A stretch of DNA of 64,000 bases from Nemertoderma westbladi. Taxonomy: Eukaryota; Animalia; Xenacoelomorpha. The notes beneath the pieces were generated by a model. The model did not search any database, was not told the origin of the DNA, and worked only from the letters and a program-made list of their open reading frames with translations. The stretch's first letter is position 1. Each line of letters starts with the position of its first letter. Positions 23,646-36,832 of the stretch are shown here, piece by piece. Where the stretch lies: assembly GCA_032718475.1 (NCBI GenBank), contig JAUCBJ010001594.1, positions 6,540 to 70,539 of the forward strand, in the 5' to 3' direction. Both the position numbers and the translations under genes were made by a program.

Positions 23646-23803
23646 TTATAAAAACACTAACTGTGGCTGCAACAATAATATCGTAGGTCGTCCAACCATA
23701 TTCCAGAGAATCAAAACAGCTAAAAATTCAGTAAACAAAAATGCAAAACTAATGCAAACTTCTTACTCAGCGGATATTGGAGTTTATTCGAGCGAAAAAG
23801 GTT

Positions 23804-24791
23804 TTTTTTACACTATTTTGATATTTTGATTAAGGGAGAGTTCTATAAATTTTCATTTGCTGCAATTTGGTAAACGGTCGTCATTGAAGTTTCTTCGTTA
23901 AAGAAAGATACTAAATTTTATGGTACATAGCTAGTGTTTTAGGTAGGTTTAGCTAGTAATTTCAACACTGATTCCGACAACCTACTTCACTCTATAAATA
24001 TTTTGTAGTCTAGAACGAATATTTTTTGTTCTAGAACATTTTTTAGAAAAAAATCTATATTCTATTTAAAACGTATGGAATCTTTCTAAAACGTGTTTAA
24101 AATCAATAAAAAAAAATTTTCAAATTTTTTTTTCAAAATATTTTTTTCACAATATTTTTTTTTCACAATTTTTTTTATTGGTTTTAAACACGTTTTAGAA
24201 CGATTCCATGCGTTTTAAATAGAATCCAAATTTTTTTCTAAAAAATGTTCTAGAACAAAAAAATTTGTTCTAGAACATATTTTTATTTAAAAATGAATAG
24301 CTAACATGTTCTGGAACATTTTCTATATAAATAGTAATAAGAACTAGCTACTACAAAATATTTATAGAGGGAAGTAGGATGTCGGAACTAGTCTAAGACT
24401 AGCCTGTCTACGGAACCAGACTATCTAAAACACAGGTGCATAATCTTGTACTTTGGCAGCCTCATGGAGTGAATAAGCATGGTGGACAGCCCATGACTTT
24501 CTTGAGACGCATCTTAAAGGACACTGGCCTTAAAGATGCGGATGATCTAGCAAATGTCATGGGTGATAGGGAGTTGTGGCGGTGCAATTTTGTTGACAAG
24601 CCGGCACAGCATTCTTAAAAATGCAGCTGCAATGCAGCATGCCGATCCTAGTTGTAGTAGTATCTAAAACACTAGTTACCATAAAATTTAGTATCTTGCT
24701 TAACGAAGAGACTTAAATTACGTCCTTTGACCAAATTGCAGCAAATGAAAATTTATAGAACTCTCCCCATATCAAAATAGTGTAAAAAAAA
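23804..24791. repeat. ~1-kb imperfect palindrome / foldback element centred near 24120
   Basis: 23806-23942 is the reverse complement of ~24664-24790, and 23970-24115 is the reverse complement of ~24170-24390. Rich in GTTCTAGAAC. Related sequence occurs at ~25150-25820. Confidence 0.75.
24434..24660 (+). mobile_element. second 5'-truncated copy of the same RTE-like 3' end, inserted in the foldback arm
   Basis: Near-identical to 23424-23645, with a TAG-repeat tail and a 12-bp TSD TATCTAAAACAC at 24422-33 and 24661-72. Confidence 0.88.
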
Positions 24792-26352
24792 GTGGCCTCT
24801 GTTTTTAAGTCCAAATCGACAACATGTTAGGCCGTATACATACACCATGACCCGTAATATAGTGAGTGTCATTTTCTGATGACACGGGCTACTTTTGCCA
24901 AATCGCACCCTCCGTGTCGTGGCCATTCTTCACATTAGTCGTAATTTTTTTCATATCATTAGAAAGCTTGCCCTGCAAGGATTCGAAATATGTAACAATA
25001 TCTGAAATTCGTTGAGAAACAGCTGAGATATACGCTTTCAAAGATTGCAAGAATTATCGTTCGCAGGAGGCCATTTATTATATTTAATAAATACACAAAA
25101 TTCTAGAATGTGATATTTATTTTATAAGTTGGTTGGCAACAGCGGTATTTGTTCTAGAACAATTTAAAAAATTTTTTAAAAATTAATGTACTATTTTTAT
25201 TTTTTAATAATGTTCTAGAACATGTTAGCTATTCAGAGCTAGAAAAAAAAAGTTGCAGAACAAATAGTTTTTGTTCTAGAACAGTTAAAAAAATCTAAAT
25301 TGTTTTTTAATTTTATTTAGAATTTGTTTCATATAATTTTTAATCGTTGCTGGCAAGATGGGTTTGGGGGGGTTAGCTAGTATTTTTTAAATAGCTAATT
25401 AAAATTAAAAAATTCGCTGTATTGAGGTCATTATATTTAGATATTAATGATATACTTAGAATACGTATACTGTATAATATTTATTATTTAGCAGACAGCA
25501 GGTAATATTTTCTGATCAAATCCAACAGAGCAGAAAATGGATTTTCTTTGTGTAGAAGCTTCCAACGAAACTCAGCTAGTTGTTGGGCGAAAGTCAAATC
25601 TTACAGTAGCTGTAGAAATTCGGATATTCTACAAAATTTAATTTCCTTGACATTAAATGAAACATAACTAACAAAAAATAAAATTTATAACCTTTTTGTA
25701 AAATTTGTTTTAGAACAAAAAATGTTTGTTCTAGAACATTTTATTATTATTTTTTTAAATGTATCTCATGTTCTAGAACATTTCATAAAAAGAAATAGCA
25801 AAAACTAGCTAGTAATAAAAAATTGAGTGGGGGGGGGGGGGGGGGGGGGGGGGGAGGTGCATGGCCTACTTATCCGTGTGATCCTTCCTCGTCACATCGA
25901 ATATGTAGAAAAGTAGATGTCCCCATCCATATTGGACATGTGTAGGAAACATGTGGCACCAACTTCGCCCTCCGTATCCATTCATAGGATACCCATTTCT
26001 TTAACTCGTTTCTTGAATGTCGTTCACTGCTTACCCGTCGGGTTCTTCGGCGTCTCTCCTTGATTTAGATGTAGGTGCATCCATGCTTCCACCACCTTCT
26101 ATTTATTATTTATTATTATTATTCTCCATTATGTGCTAACCAGAACTTCTTCTGTAACGCTGCTCCATCGTGTTTGACTATCTTCACCAGTTTAGATAAA
26201 CTGGACTTTTATGCCAATTAATAGGGTGTCCCTCCTTATCAATGAGTTTGTTTGTTATTATTATTACCACTCTATAGGGCATCTATTATAATGTTATGTT
26301 TCAATACTACTATACTCGAGCGCACGTAGGCGCAAGCATCCAGTCAAACCGG

Positions 26353-27030
26353 CATTTATTTATTTATTTATTTATTTATGGAAATTATACATTCATTAAA
26401 AACTTATGTTTAAAATAATTAAAAGCGTCTGTATACAGTAAAATCATAAATTAAAACACGTATTCAAAGTTTATAATTCAGCACGGGATGGGGGAGGGTT
26501 TCAACCAATATGAAAGTTTGTATTTATTGGGTGCCAAGGAATTCCTGAATGCGGTCGTGTCGCACAGCAAACGGAATGTTTCTAGATATGAATTCACCAT
26601 TATTCTTTGTACACCATGATGGTGGTTGGGACTGGAATCGTGAGTATAGAATATTCTTACAATAATTAGAGGTTGTCAATGATTTGAGGTCTGGCAGGGG
26701 AAAGGTTAGCATGGGATTGCGATACAGACTACGTATCCCATTGTGTTTCGAGTTATCTCGTGGTTGTTGTAACATAATACTCAAACCTGATTGCAGCGGA
26801 ATACTCGGGCATTCTTTCACTTTTAATATGAGTCCAACTATTGACTTGTAAGCTTCACTGGAAAGGGGAAGTGTCTCTGTTACGTAATGTATCATTACAG
26901 ACATAGTTGCCCAGACAAAGCAGATTTCGAAGTTGCTTCCTATAGTGAATGTCAAGAGTTTCTATCTGGCTTGAGTTTAATGAGCCATCAATAAATTTAA
27001 TTCCAAATAATATTGACGGTTCTGCAATTG
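26353..27030 (-). mobile_element. probable LINE (L1/Tx1-like) 3' fragment
   Basis: The - strand reads C..V..IW..I..WL followed by a 143-aa ORF remnant and a (TAAA)n tail at 26353-26378. The family assignment is weak. Confidence 0.4.
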
Positions 27031-27670
27031 ATTTCCACAGAGTCTAGAAATTCGGTTGAATTGGATACAAACATAGTAAGTGTAAATCCTCCTCGCGATA
27101 GACATTCTTTCGTTCCTTTCGCTAAATTATTTAGCTGTGATTTCTTGGTCCCAAGGTTTGCCATCTGGCCTATTAAAGTTTATTGATTCCCTCTTACACT
27201 GCGTAGAAACACATGGTGGTGATTTCGCTCCAAATATATGGACTAACATTTTATAAATGTCTACCGTTGGTTGTTTATTTCCCTCTTTATTTCCCTCGTA
27301 CCATAGAAATCTCAAGCTATCTGTGTCATCCTCTGTGACATAGACCTGATAAAACATAGCTTGGACGTCGCATGTAAATGCGTATTTCTCTTCTCGAAAA
27401 TGCCATAGTATATATAATACTGTGTTATAGATATTGGGTCCTTCCACTAGATAATCGTTCAGACATTTCCATCTGTCTTTGCTCTCGCATCCTGTACTAT
27501 TCTATATATATCCTTGTGCGGTTCCCATACAGTATGTAGCGGTAGATAATTTGTCTTTACTGTATCCTTGATTCCTCTTGGCAATTTTACCGCCCATCCC
27601 ATCAGGGTATATTTATTTATTGCTTCATGTACTTCTCTATGTTGTTTGTCATTCCCCCTTTATTTATGCT
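27030..27670 (-). pseudogene. degenerate BEL/Pao RT fragment from a different family than the large elements
   Basis: YLPLH...RIVQDARA...CLNDYLVEGPN...LWHFR...DVQAMFYQV...DSLRFLW...FGAKSPP. Confidence 0.85.
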
Positions 27671-27983
27671 TTAAATAATATGAAATAATGCCATAATAAT
27701 ATGTATAAACAAATTTAGAAAGAAGAAACGCTGAGTTTTTACGAAACCCTTTAGCTATTATTATTTATTTTTTCAAACTGAAATTATTTGATCAATTATG
27801 TATTTAATATTATCTAGCTGTTATAACGAACCTGTTGAACCAATCGACGCCTGTGAATGGGTTTTTATATTAAAGTGTCCCCATTCAGCCATCGCATTAT
27901 TGCAATTAATATACAAAAATTGCTAGAATTTATTTAGGTGATTTGTGTGGCTTGGAATTTGTAATGGATTTCTCGTGCCTCTG

Positions 27984-29139
27984 TGTAAAAGCTTTTGCGG
28001 ACATAACAAGTCATTTTTACGCAATGCGCAGAATACTCTAAAATAGCCCTAAAATTGTTCAACTACGCGTCGGACAGAAATTAGAACCAAGATGACGAAA
28101 TCTGTCAGCTGATTCTTTGTGTACGTGGAGATCCCTTTGTTTGAGCTTATTCGGCCAATCAGAGCAATCTCCCCGGTTATGCCAGTAGAGACCTACCTGA
28201 GGAAACTAGCGCATGCGCATTAGTTATAGTTTTTTCTGAGAATTAGATTCCTCTCAGAATTCTGTACTAAGTACGGACGTTTCAGACTTTGGCCCAAGAA
28301 CATCTGATGGCTGGAGTTATAAGGACGTAAATCTATTAACTCATCTCAATACGACCAAACAAACTTAACATACGCATTGTCATACGCATCACATCGTAAC
28401 ATCAACTCATATGACTGAACACATACTGACTGTTCACCGCACTGTTTTAATGCTGATTTATATTGTGTTAATTGCTGTTTATATTAATGGATGTTATATT
28501 TGGAGAATACCGATAAATAATCGTAAACCCCTCAACTTTCTTGATTACTGAGGTAAGCGGAGGAAGGGTCTACCGGTAGCAACTGTGACTCAAATTATAG
28601 TGGTTTTTGTATGAATTAAATGCTATTTCATAATCCCTACGTGTGTCAGTTGCAATCTTCCATATATATGATAAAAATCAGTGAAGGTCGGCAAATTAGT
28701 GTGAATTAGTGTAAATTAGTGTGAAGTAGTGTGAAGTAGTGTGAAGGTGCGTGAAAGTTAATAAAGCATCTCCTAAAGAATGCGCTATTTACGAGATTCC
28801 ATAACCATCTAGTTGTGATTAGTGTAAGTCATAACTCTGTTTTATACTTAAAGCGCCACGTCCCAAAGGAACTGTTAATATTTCCCCGAAAGTAAATATA
28901 GTTGTCAGAGATTATATAGTAGCGATCAATCGAATAATACAAAGTAGCCTACACCGCAATAACTTCCTCTGGAACCCGAATCCAGTCTCCCACACCATGG
29001 GTCATACGCCGCGCACGGACTGGCTTCGGCAGATGTAAATTCAGTACACCAGGTAATTGGTACGGGCAAAAGTCGATTCATAATTAAAAAGACATTTAAA
29101 TTGGCAGGCTAAGCTGCTAAAGGTCTAAAAGCGTGAACA
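27984..29139 (+). repeat. 5' LTR of the outer element (1156 bp)
   Basis: TG...CA ends, homologous to the inner LTRs. CCAAT at ~28156, TATAAG at ~28318, GAGGTAAG donor-like site at ~28550, and 10-bp AGTGTGAAGT repeats at ~28698-28750. Confidence 0.92.
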
Positions 29140-29150
29140 TTAATAGATTT
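29140..29150 (+). promoter_or_regulatory. non-tRNA primer-binding site candidate (outer copy)
   Basis: TTAATAGATTT directly after the LTR is the reverse complement of LTR-internal AAATCTATTAA (28329-28339). No TGG-initiated tRNA PBS is present. Confidence 0.6.
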
Positions 29151-30408
29151 CGACTCTTTATTGCTTAGTAGGCAATAAAATCAAACGTACTGTTTCGGAC
29201 GGTAGACTGTAGGCCTATTAACCCGAACCAGTACTTACCCAGTATTATTTGATTGTGAAATATTGTATATTGTAGGCTGTTAGGGGATTAGGGATTGATC
29301 ACCCCTTACTCCTTTGTATGGTTTACTTATTCCTGTCAGTTTTATTTAGCGGTAAGTGTAATATTGAGCAGAAGGCGTGTAAGCCTGCTCAGATTGTATA
29401 AATAATTTGTAGGCCGGATTGTTGTCTAACTGTTGTTAGGTCTGAGGCGATTGCAGTGTATGTATAGTGTCTTTCCGATAAAGTGCTAGTTAGGAAGGTG
29501 GAGGCATCCAGTGCTGTAAGTTAAATCCCCCACGAAAGAATAAGTCGCACACGTAGTTAGAACGCTTACAAACTAACCATTTCGGAGATTGCATATACTG
29601 TGGTTTATTTAGGCTTGACAGTAGTCTGCCAGCATTTGGTCTGTGTTTTATTTGAATAGTCTGTACGGGTAGCGTAATATTTATTATTCAGAGTTTATGC
29701 AAGTATTTGCAACCTTCATCTCCCCAAGTTTATCCCTTACAGTAATTATGCTTGTTATGCATACCGTTATAGTTAAATTAACCCCGGTACTACTTCAGGA
29801 CTGCTTGGCGTAGGACAGACTGGTAATTTTGTGCTCCAGTCACTCCAGCAGATACCGTGGTTCTTTTGGCTGTTCACTTATATTTAATTGCTAGTTATAT
29901 GTTGTATAAGTGCTTGTACCTAATTTAGGGTTTAGAGTAAAGCGCTTTCCTGAAAGTAATTTAGTGTGTAGGCAGTATATTTGTGTTGTAATGTGGTTAA
30001 TAGGTCCGTTAGCTCTGGTTGGCTTCGATAATTAACCTCTAGGTATACGACACTCCGGGTACATAACGTAGTGCTTATAGTGTAAGACTATAAGCCGTCA
30101 GACGGTGGCATTTCCTTATCTGGACAACGCAACGTACTTAATACTACTTTATTGGTTTCAAATACCTTAATTTCCTGTCAGTTTGTAAGAACCAGAAATT
30201 CTAACTCCTTGTTAGTCTGGTTCGTAAAGTTCTTGTTAAATTACCCTAAAAAAATCTACGTGTAACTTGTTTATTGTATATTTAGAGATTGTGTAATCTC
30301 AACCCGATACGTAAGTAATTTGTAGTGATAAGTAACTTAGTTAAGTAGAATTATCAGTATTAGTGTCTAACAAGTAGCACACCACTGAGAGCATTCAGCC
30401 TCTGTGTA

Positions 30409-31423
30409 CAGTCATTGGTCCATATAAGAGACAGGTTTTGAACTTCGTTGGGTTCTGTGAAAAAATGTAAACACTGGACTTCCTCAGAAATTATGTAATA
30501 AGGGGTTTCCCGGGGCGTAGAATCCATTTTTCCGGGTCTTGAAAGTTGATTTCGCCTAGCAGTTGCTGATTTTTGAAGAAATGTTGCATGTCTCAAATTT
30601 GGCAGCGATTCTCTAATGTGAGACAAGAAATTCAATTGTAATTTTTTTTAATAACTAACATGAAATAACCTCATAAATATTACGGAGAATCTTGTTTGGT
30701 TCTTACAGCCTTTATTTGAGACAAAAGATCTGTAATTATTTGGCTATAGAAGCCCCTTGATGTTGATATTGAATTTGTCTCACGTTTGGGTCCATGTCTC
30801 AAATTAGGCAGAACTACCGGTACTACTGTAAGCCTAACCTTACTGAAATCAACAATTTTGAAGCACTGAAGTAACAGTGTGACTTTTGGAAAGAAGTCAG
30901 ATGCAATTATAATGTATGTGTATAGGGGGCCTATGGTTTCTATACTTCAGATACTTAGATACAAAGGCCTAGCCTACATTTGTGTCTTGTTATGGTTATA
31001 ATTTCCTTGTCTCAAATTAGGGGAAATTCATGGAAACCGATACCATATTAAAGACAGTAGTCAAATGTAAAACTATGAAATCTTTACCACATAAAAATAG
31101 TTTTATATAAAAATATAGCCTTTTTACTATAAAATGTCATAATTTCGAGAATCAGGTCAAAGTGGAATGCAAAAATCTCATATCGATTTTAAAACCTTAA
31201 AATTTATGAAAAAAAGCTTCGATTTTTGACGGGCCGCTAGAATATTATAAGTATATCCAATCCGGTTGAATTATACCTAACGATGTACAGGAATGGTTAC
31301 AGATCATTATTCAAATTAGTTTTAAGTAGGTTTCTGTAATTATTTGGCTATAGGAGCCCCTTGAAGTTGATATTGAATTTGTCTCACGTTTGGGTCCATG
31401 TCTCAAATTAGGCAGAATGACTG
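30409..31423. mobile_element. Tc1/mariner-type non-autonomous DNA transposon in the outer leader
   Basis: Absent from the inner copy (empty site TGTGTAGTGAC). TA TSD at 30407-08 and 31424-25, with CAGTCATT...AATGACTG ends. Confidence 0.85.
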
Positions 31424-31916
31424 TAGTGACTTCTTACTCAGAAATAATAACATTTATTTCAAATATTGACAAAACCCATTACGGGTATATATATATATTT
31501 ATAAATCAACTCAATCAGATTTATAAATTAATAGGCCTGTTATGCATCAATTAGGTCTTTATATCAGTTGAACTACTGGTTAATATTAGTAATAAAGTAA
31601 AAGGAAGTAATCCCTAAAATTTGGATAATCAGTTATTATTAAATAATTGACATTACCGGTGTTTACGGTAAGCTTATTATATTTATATAAAATAGGCTAA
31701 ACTTATATACCGGTATTCTGTGACTAATCATAGTCTGTACTGTAATAATACTGATATATATAATATAGGTGTATACCGGTATTTTAATATTAAATATATA
31801 CCACGTTACATTGAGTAGCAATATCGGTAACTACTAGACTGACAGTTGATACTGATTTCCCCTAGACAAGCTTTAACTGTTATTATAGTAATAGGCATTC
31901 AACTATAAAATAAATT

Positions 31917-34900
31917 ATGTCTGACACAAAACAAGCACTGTCAGATAGTCTCTTGGAATCTATTATCGGCACTAGGGCTCAAGTGTAACTCTATTTCCGA
32001 CACCGAAGAGTTAATGCCCGAGATCGTAACAAGGATGGAAGAAGCGGTTTATCCAGATCCACTTCTAATTCTTCCTGGAGCAGTGCTCACTAGATTACTT
32101 ATAGCTGTAGAAGAAAATCAAGCGGATTGGATGAGAAATAAGAGATCGACCAGGGACAGTTACACGGGCTACCCGATGGAAGAACTAAGGTCTATTGTAG
32201 AGATTCAATGGAACTTCCACGGACCCGGACTCCCGTTTAACTTATTGGAAGCTGCCTGGGAAGACTTATACCAAATGGGAGTAGTGAGGGACACCCGAGA
32301 TCCCACTGTATGAAAGAGGTCAGCAGCAGGATATGTCCAGGGATTCTTCAACTCCTCGGAACGAACAGAAACGCGGTTATTTCCACAACCACAGGGACCT
32401 CAAGAGCAGGGAGCACTGCTTTACCAAGTAAGATAATGTATATTGAGGATCAGATTAATCCTTTCAGCCTTTGAAGAAGCCTCGAAGAGAAGTCAAGACA
32501 CGTCGCTGCAGGTGGCTGTAAAGACTTGGTTCCAACGAGTCAATGTTGAAGTCCAGGGATCAACACAATGGAAGTGACTAATGGACTAACTGAACGCATA
32601 ACCCACGGAGAATCAACCGATGCAACCTTTTCTCATGTGGAAGGCGAGGCGGTATCCGAAAAACCTCAGAATAAGGATGCTATTGACATCTATTTGTCGG
32701 ATTATCAACAATTTATAGGTGACAAAGAGCTAAGGAGACGTCTAGCTGGACTTCACCCCAATAGTGAAGGAGCCAAATTCATACTGGACTCTTTAGATGC
32801 GGATACATTAGCTGCGGAGCAGGCTAAATTTGATGAAAGCATTCTCATCGCAATGGACCAAGAAAAAAATAAAAGGAGGCAAATAGAAGACCAAAAAGCA
32901 GCAGCGGCAGCGGCAGCGGCAGCGTCAGCGGCAGAGGCTGAAAGAAAAGAGGCAGCGGCAGCAGCAGAGGCTGACAGAAAAGCGGCAGCGGCAGCGGCAG
33001 TGGCAGAAGCAGAACAGAGGGCATCTGAAGCGACAGTCCAACTAGAGTTGGAGAACCTTCAGGCGAAACAAGATTACTTAAATAAACAAAGGGCAGCTAC
33101 TCAGATGCAACTACAGAGTCGATCTACTCCCAGAAGACAGGGATTTACCTCCTCGGATGAAGGTGATACAACTGATCCTGAAGGTAAAGGTAATAAATCT
33201 CGTCAAGCGGACATAGAAGAGCACCTCACAGGCATAAGTTGCCTAACTTACCCCCTGCGGTGAAAAGGGAGCTAGCTATTGTAGACTTAAGTAATAGATA
33301 ACCAACAGCCCAAATTATAAGAGTAGAAAGACTCCCTACTATAGTAGATGAGCCAGAAATAATTAGGCCTGTTAGCGAAGCCACTCCCTTAATAGAGACA
33401 CCTTTGCTCCCAGAACCTAACTCTCAATTCCCTATACACAGTACCAAACTACCTGTGCCCAGTAGACAACTGACAGAATCTCAGACTGTTATCGACACCG
33501 AGCAAGAGATAATAAATCGATTGTCTCCTGTCATCCCGATGTGCCATCCACCTACGATGTTGGCGACTCCCGCCTCCGCGGTGGAGTGGATGGACGAGGG
33601 ACGACGGGAGATGGAGGAATTGCTCGGGCAATTGGAAGAAAATATTGCGAGATCTTCCAAACAAGTCCGAGAATTGGAAGGGACTGTTCAGCTGTTAAAG
33701 GTAACAGTAAGAGAGAGTAGGTTAGAGCTGCAAGAAGTACAACAAAATATCGCTCTCGAGCGCGATAAATTAGTAAATATAAAATGGGTATACCACCACC
33801 CTCGGTAACAATGTGTCAGCCAGTTAGGTCTGAAGTATTTCATGCGCAAGGTATGGAGCCTACACGCATCTATACTGCTAGCGAAGTAGAAACTCCGATA
33901 GCAAACCATATTAAGGGTATTAATAAGCCTGTTGATAATGATATCCCATACCGATCTGATAATAATCCGAGAAATTTATATACCGATAATTCGATATTAA
34001 ATAATATGATGGCTCAAGAAAGTTTTACACGTCAGATGGCTAGAATGGAAGCCCATCAAGCGGTAAAGAATGAGATGAAATGGTTACCTTTTAATGAATA
34101 TTACAAAGATAACATACAGAACTCCGTACTATCAAGCGGAGAGAAACTATGATTCCTCATCGAGTGCTTGGAAGGACCTCCCAAGTTAATGGCGTTAAAG
34201 TTTATTGGACATCCAGACGGATTGAGACAAGTTTGGCTATAATGACATAAGCTAACCGACTAACATAGCTAGATATCTGTATGTGAAATTAGTAGCGCGC
34301 CCGAAAGTTTCTTAGCAGCGGGATTATAGAGTTTCCCGATGAGATTCAGGAGATCTGTAGACAGCAAGACTGGTTGGGTAAGTCTCAGGAATACCAGGGT
34401 TCTATGGTTGTAGGAGCCGTAGCATCAACTTTGCCAAAGGGTGCAAGAGGTACTCGCTGGGTCAAAAAGGTTCTCTATCTGATGGACCAACAACATAGAG
34501 ACCCCACCATGGATGACCTCATGTCGTTCTTAAACGGAGAGGTAAGATTACAGCTCCTAAAACAGTCTAGAGAGAAGACACCAGAAAGTAAAAATGAAAA
34601 AAAAGAAAAGAAAGTGAAAAACCCGTTACTAGGAGAAAGGTAACACCAGTGTGTTAAACAGATGATTACGAAAGCCAAACGTCATATGACGAGAACAGTG
34701 GCAAGGACACCGAGAGATCTTACTACGTAAACAAAGTTAGGAAAGACGTAAGTAAATCTAAGGCTCGAACCAGTGGCAAGAGGGAACAGATGACAACTCC
34801 CCCTACGTCTCCTAAGAGAATTCATGGAAGGAAGCCCGAAGAAAGAGCTAGCTTACAAAACACAATATGATATATCATCGTTGTCTGTATGACTTGTAGA

Positions 34901-35674
34901 GCGATCCATCGAGATATGGTGAATGATCTATCTACCAACAGCTTCATACTGAGTTTACGCCGACAAATCGCTCATTTTGGGACTAGCAACACTATGAGAT
35001 CTGTCAAAGGAACTAATTTCATTGGCGCCAATAACGAGATTAAAGCTTACGTAAAGGATTGGAACCAAAGACAGGTGGACGATCAGCTAAGAGTAACAGC
35101 ATCTAGCTGGACCTTCAACGCCGCCGACGCCCCTTGGTGGGGAGGAAGTTGGGAGAGACTCATACGTAGTGTAAAGACCGCATTTCACTTTATAGTGCCG
35201 TGCCGCGCGTATCTCACCGACGAACTTTTGCAGACGTTAATGGAAGAAATTGCCGCATATCTAAATGAGAGACCGCATATGCCAGTCTCATCTAGTCCCG
35301 ACTCCCTAGAAGCGCTAACACCCGCGCATTTCCTACTAAAGAAACCTGTAGCCATGCTCCTGCAATCGGAAATAACAGACGGAGACGAATACTGCCGACA
35401 AACTTGGCAATTTATGCAGTTAATATCCCGTCGTTTCGCTGACCATTTCAAAAAACATTATCCTACGCTACAACTTCGAACAAAGTGGTTTGCGCAGCAA
35501 CAAAACGTCAGCGCAGGAGACATGGTCCTTATCGTGGAATCAGATATTCCCCGTAAGAGGTGGCAGACAGGTCGTATCATCGAGACTCATATATCCGATG
35601 ATGGTTTAGTGCGATCGGTAGAACTCATCGTCATGCGACGTAACTTTAAGAAACCTGGAATTGTGTTCGAAACG
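31917..35674 (+). pseudogene. outer gag-pol remnant: extended gag N-terminus and capsid region joined by a ~4-kb deletion to the integrase core
   Basis: ORFs at 32014, 32568, 33404, 33784, 34374 and 34889 are collinear with the inner polyprotein. The junction near 34866 removes the zinc knuckles, PR, RT and RNase H. The integrase stops at IVFET. Confidence 0.9.
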
Positions 35675-36754
35675 TTTTCGCGCTTTTAGACCTTTAGCAA
35701 TTTAACCTGCCAATTTTAGTTGTCCTCTTGTTTATATATCGACTTTAGCCTTTTACCAATTACCTAGTGTACTGAAGTTACATCAGCCGAAGCCAGTCCG
35801 TGCGCGGCGTATGACCCACGGTGTGGGAGACTGGATTCGGATTCCTTGAGAGTTATTGCAGTGTAGACCTACTGTATTATTCGATTGATCGCTACTATAT
35901 AATCTCTGACAACTATATTTACTTTCGGGGAAATATTAACAGTTCCTTTAGGACGTGGCGCTTTAAGTATAAAAACAGAGTTTTGACTTACTAATCACAA
36001 CTAGATGGCCACAGAGTTTCGTAAATAGCGCATTCTTTAGGAGATGCTTTATTAACCTTTACACTACTTCACACTAGTTCGCACTAATCTGCCGACCATC
36101 ACTGAATTTGATCATATATAAGGAGGATCGCAACTGACTCATGTAGGGATTATGAAATAGCATTTAATTCACACAAAACCACTATAATTTAAGTCGCAGT
36201 TGCTACCGGTAAACTCTATTCCGCTTACCTCAGTAATCAAGAAGATGGAGGGGTTTATGATTATTTATTGGTATTCTCCAAATATAACATGAATATCCAT
36301 TAATATAACAACAATTAATAGGTACTATAAATAGAAGTAAAATAATGTGGTGAAATGTTATGTGACCAGTATGAAATAAGATAGGTAGGTCAGGATAATA
36401 GATTTACATTCTTATAATCAAGGCCATCTGATGTTCCTAGACCAAAGTCTGGAACTTCCACACAGAAGCACAGAAAATTCTGAGTTTGTTCTGATGCTCA
36501 GAAAATAGTAAACAAAGACCGTAATGCATTGCGCGAGTTTCCATAGGTTTCTGTTAGACATAAAGTGAAAATTGCTCTGATTGGCTGAATAAGACAGAAC
36601 AAAGAACCTCCACGTCCACAAAGAATCAGCTGACAGATTTCGTCATCTTGGTTCTAATTCCTTCCCGTCGCGTAGTTGGATAAATTTAGGGCTATTTTAG
36701 AGTATTCTGCGCATTGCGTAAAAATGACTTGTTATGTCCACAAAAGCTTTTACA
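35675..36754 (-). repeat. 3' LTR of the inner element (1080 bp)
   Basis: Begins TGTAAAAGC on the - strand right after the purine tract GGGAGTGG (36755-36762), and matches 51992-53116. Confidence 0.95.
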
Positions 36755-36832
36755 CCACTCCCAGAAAATGGGATTTAAGTCTATAAAATATAAAAAATCA
36801 CAGTTTCTAAAATACAAAAATACTCTAAACTA

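Noticed and set aside
25829-25855. Long G or C homopolymers (also ~51584, ~54307, ~63533 and ~63650)
   Set aside because: Common simple repeats whose lengths are unreliable in assemblies.
27984-36754. Element with inverted LTRs (DIRS-like) or an assembly inversion artefact
   Set aside because: The inverted LTR belongs to the nested - strand copy. Both elements have their own perfect TSDs, the copies are clearly diverged, and no tyrosine recombinase is present.
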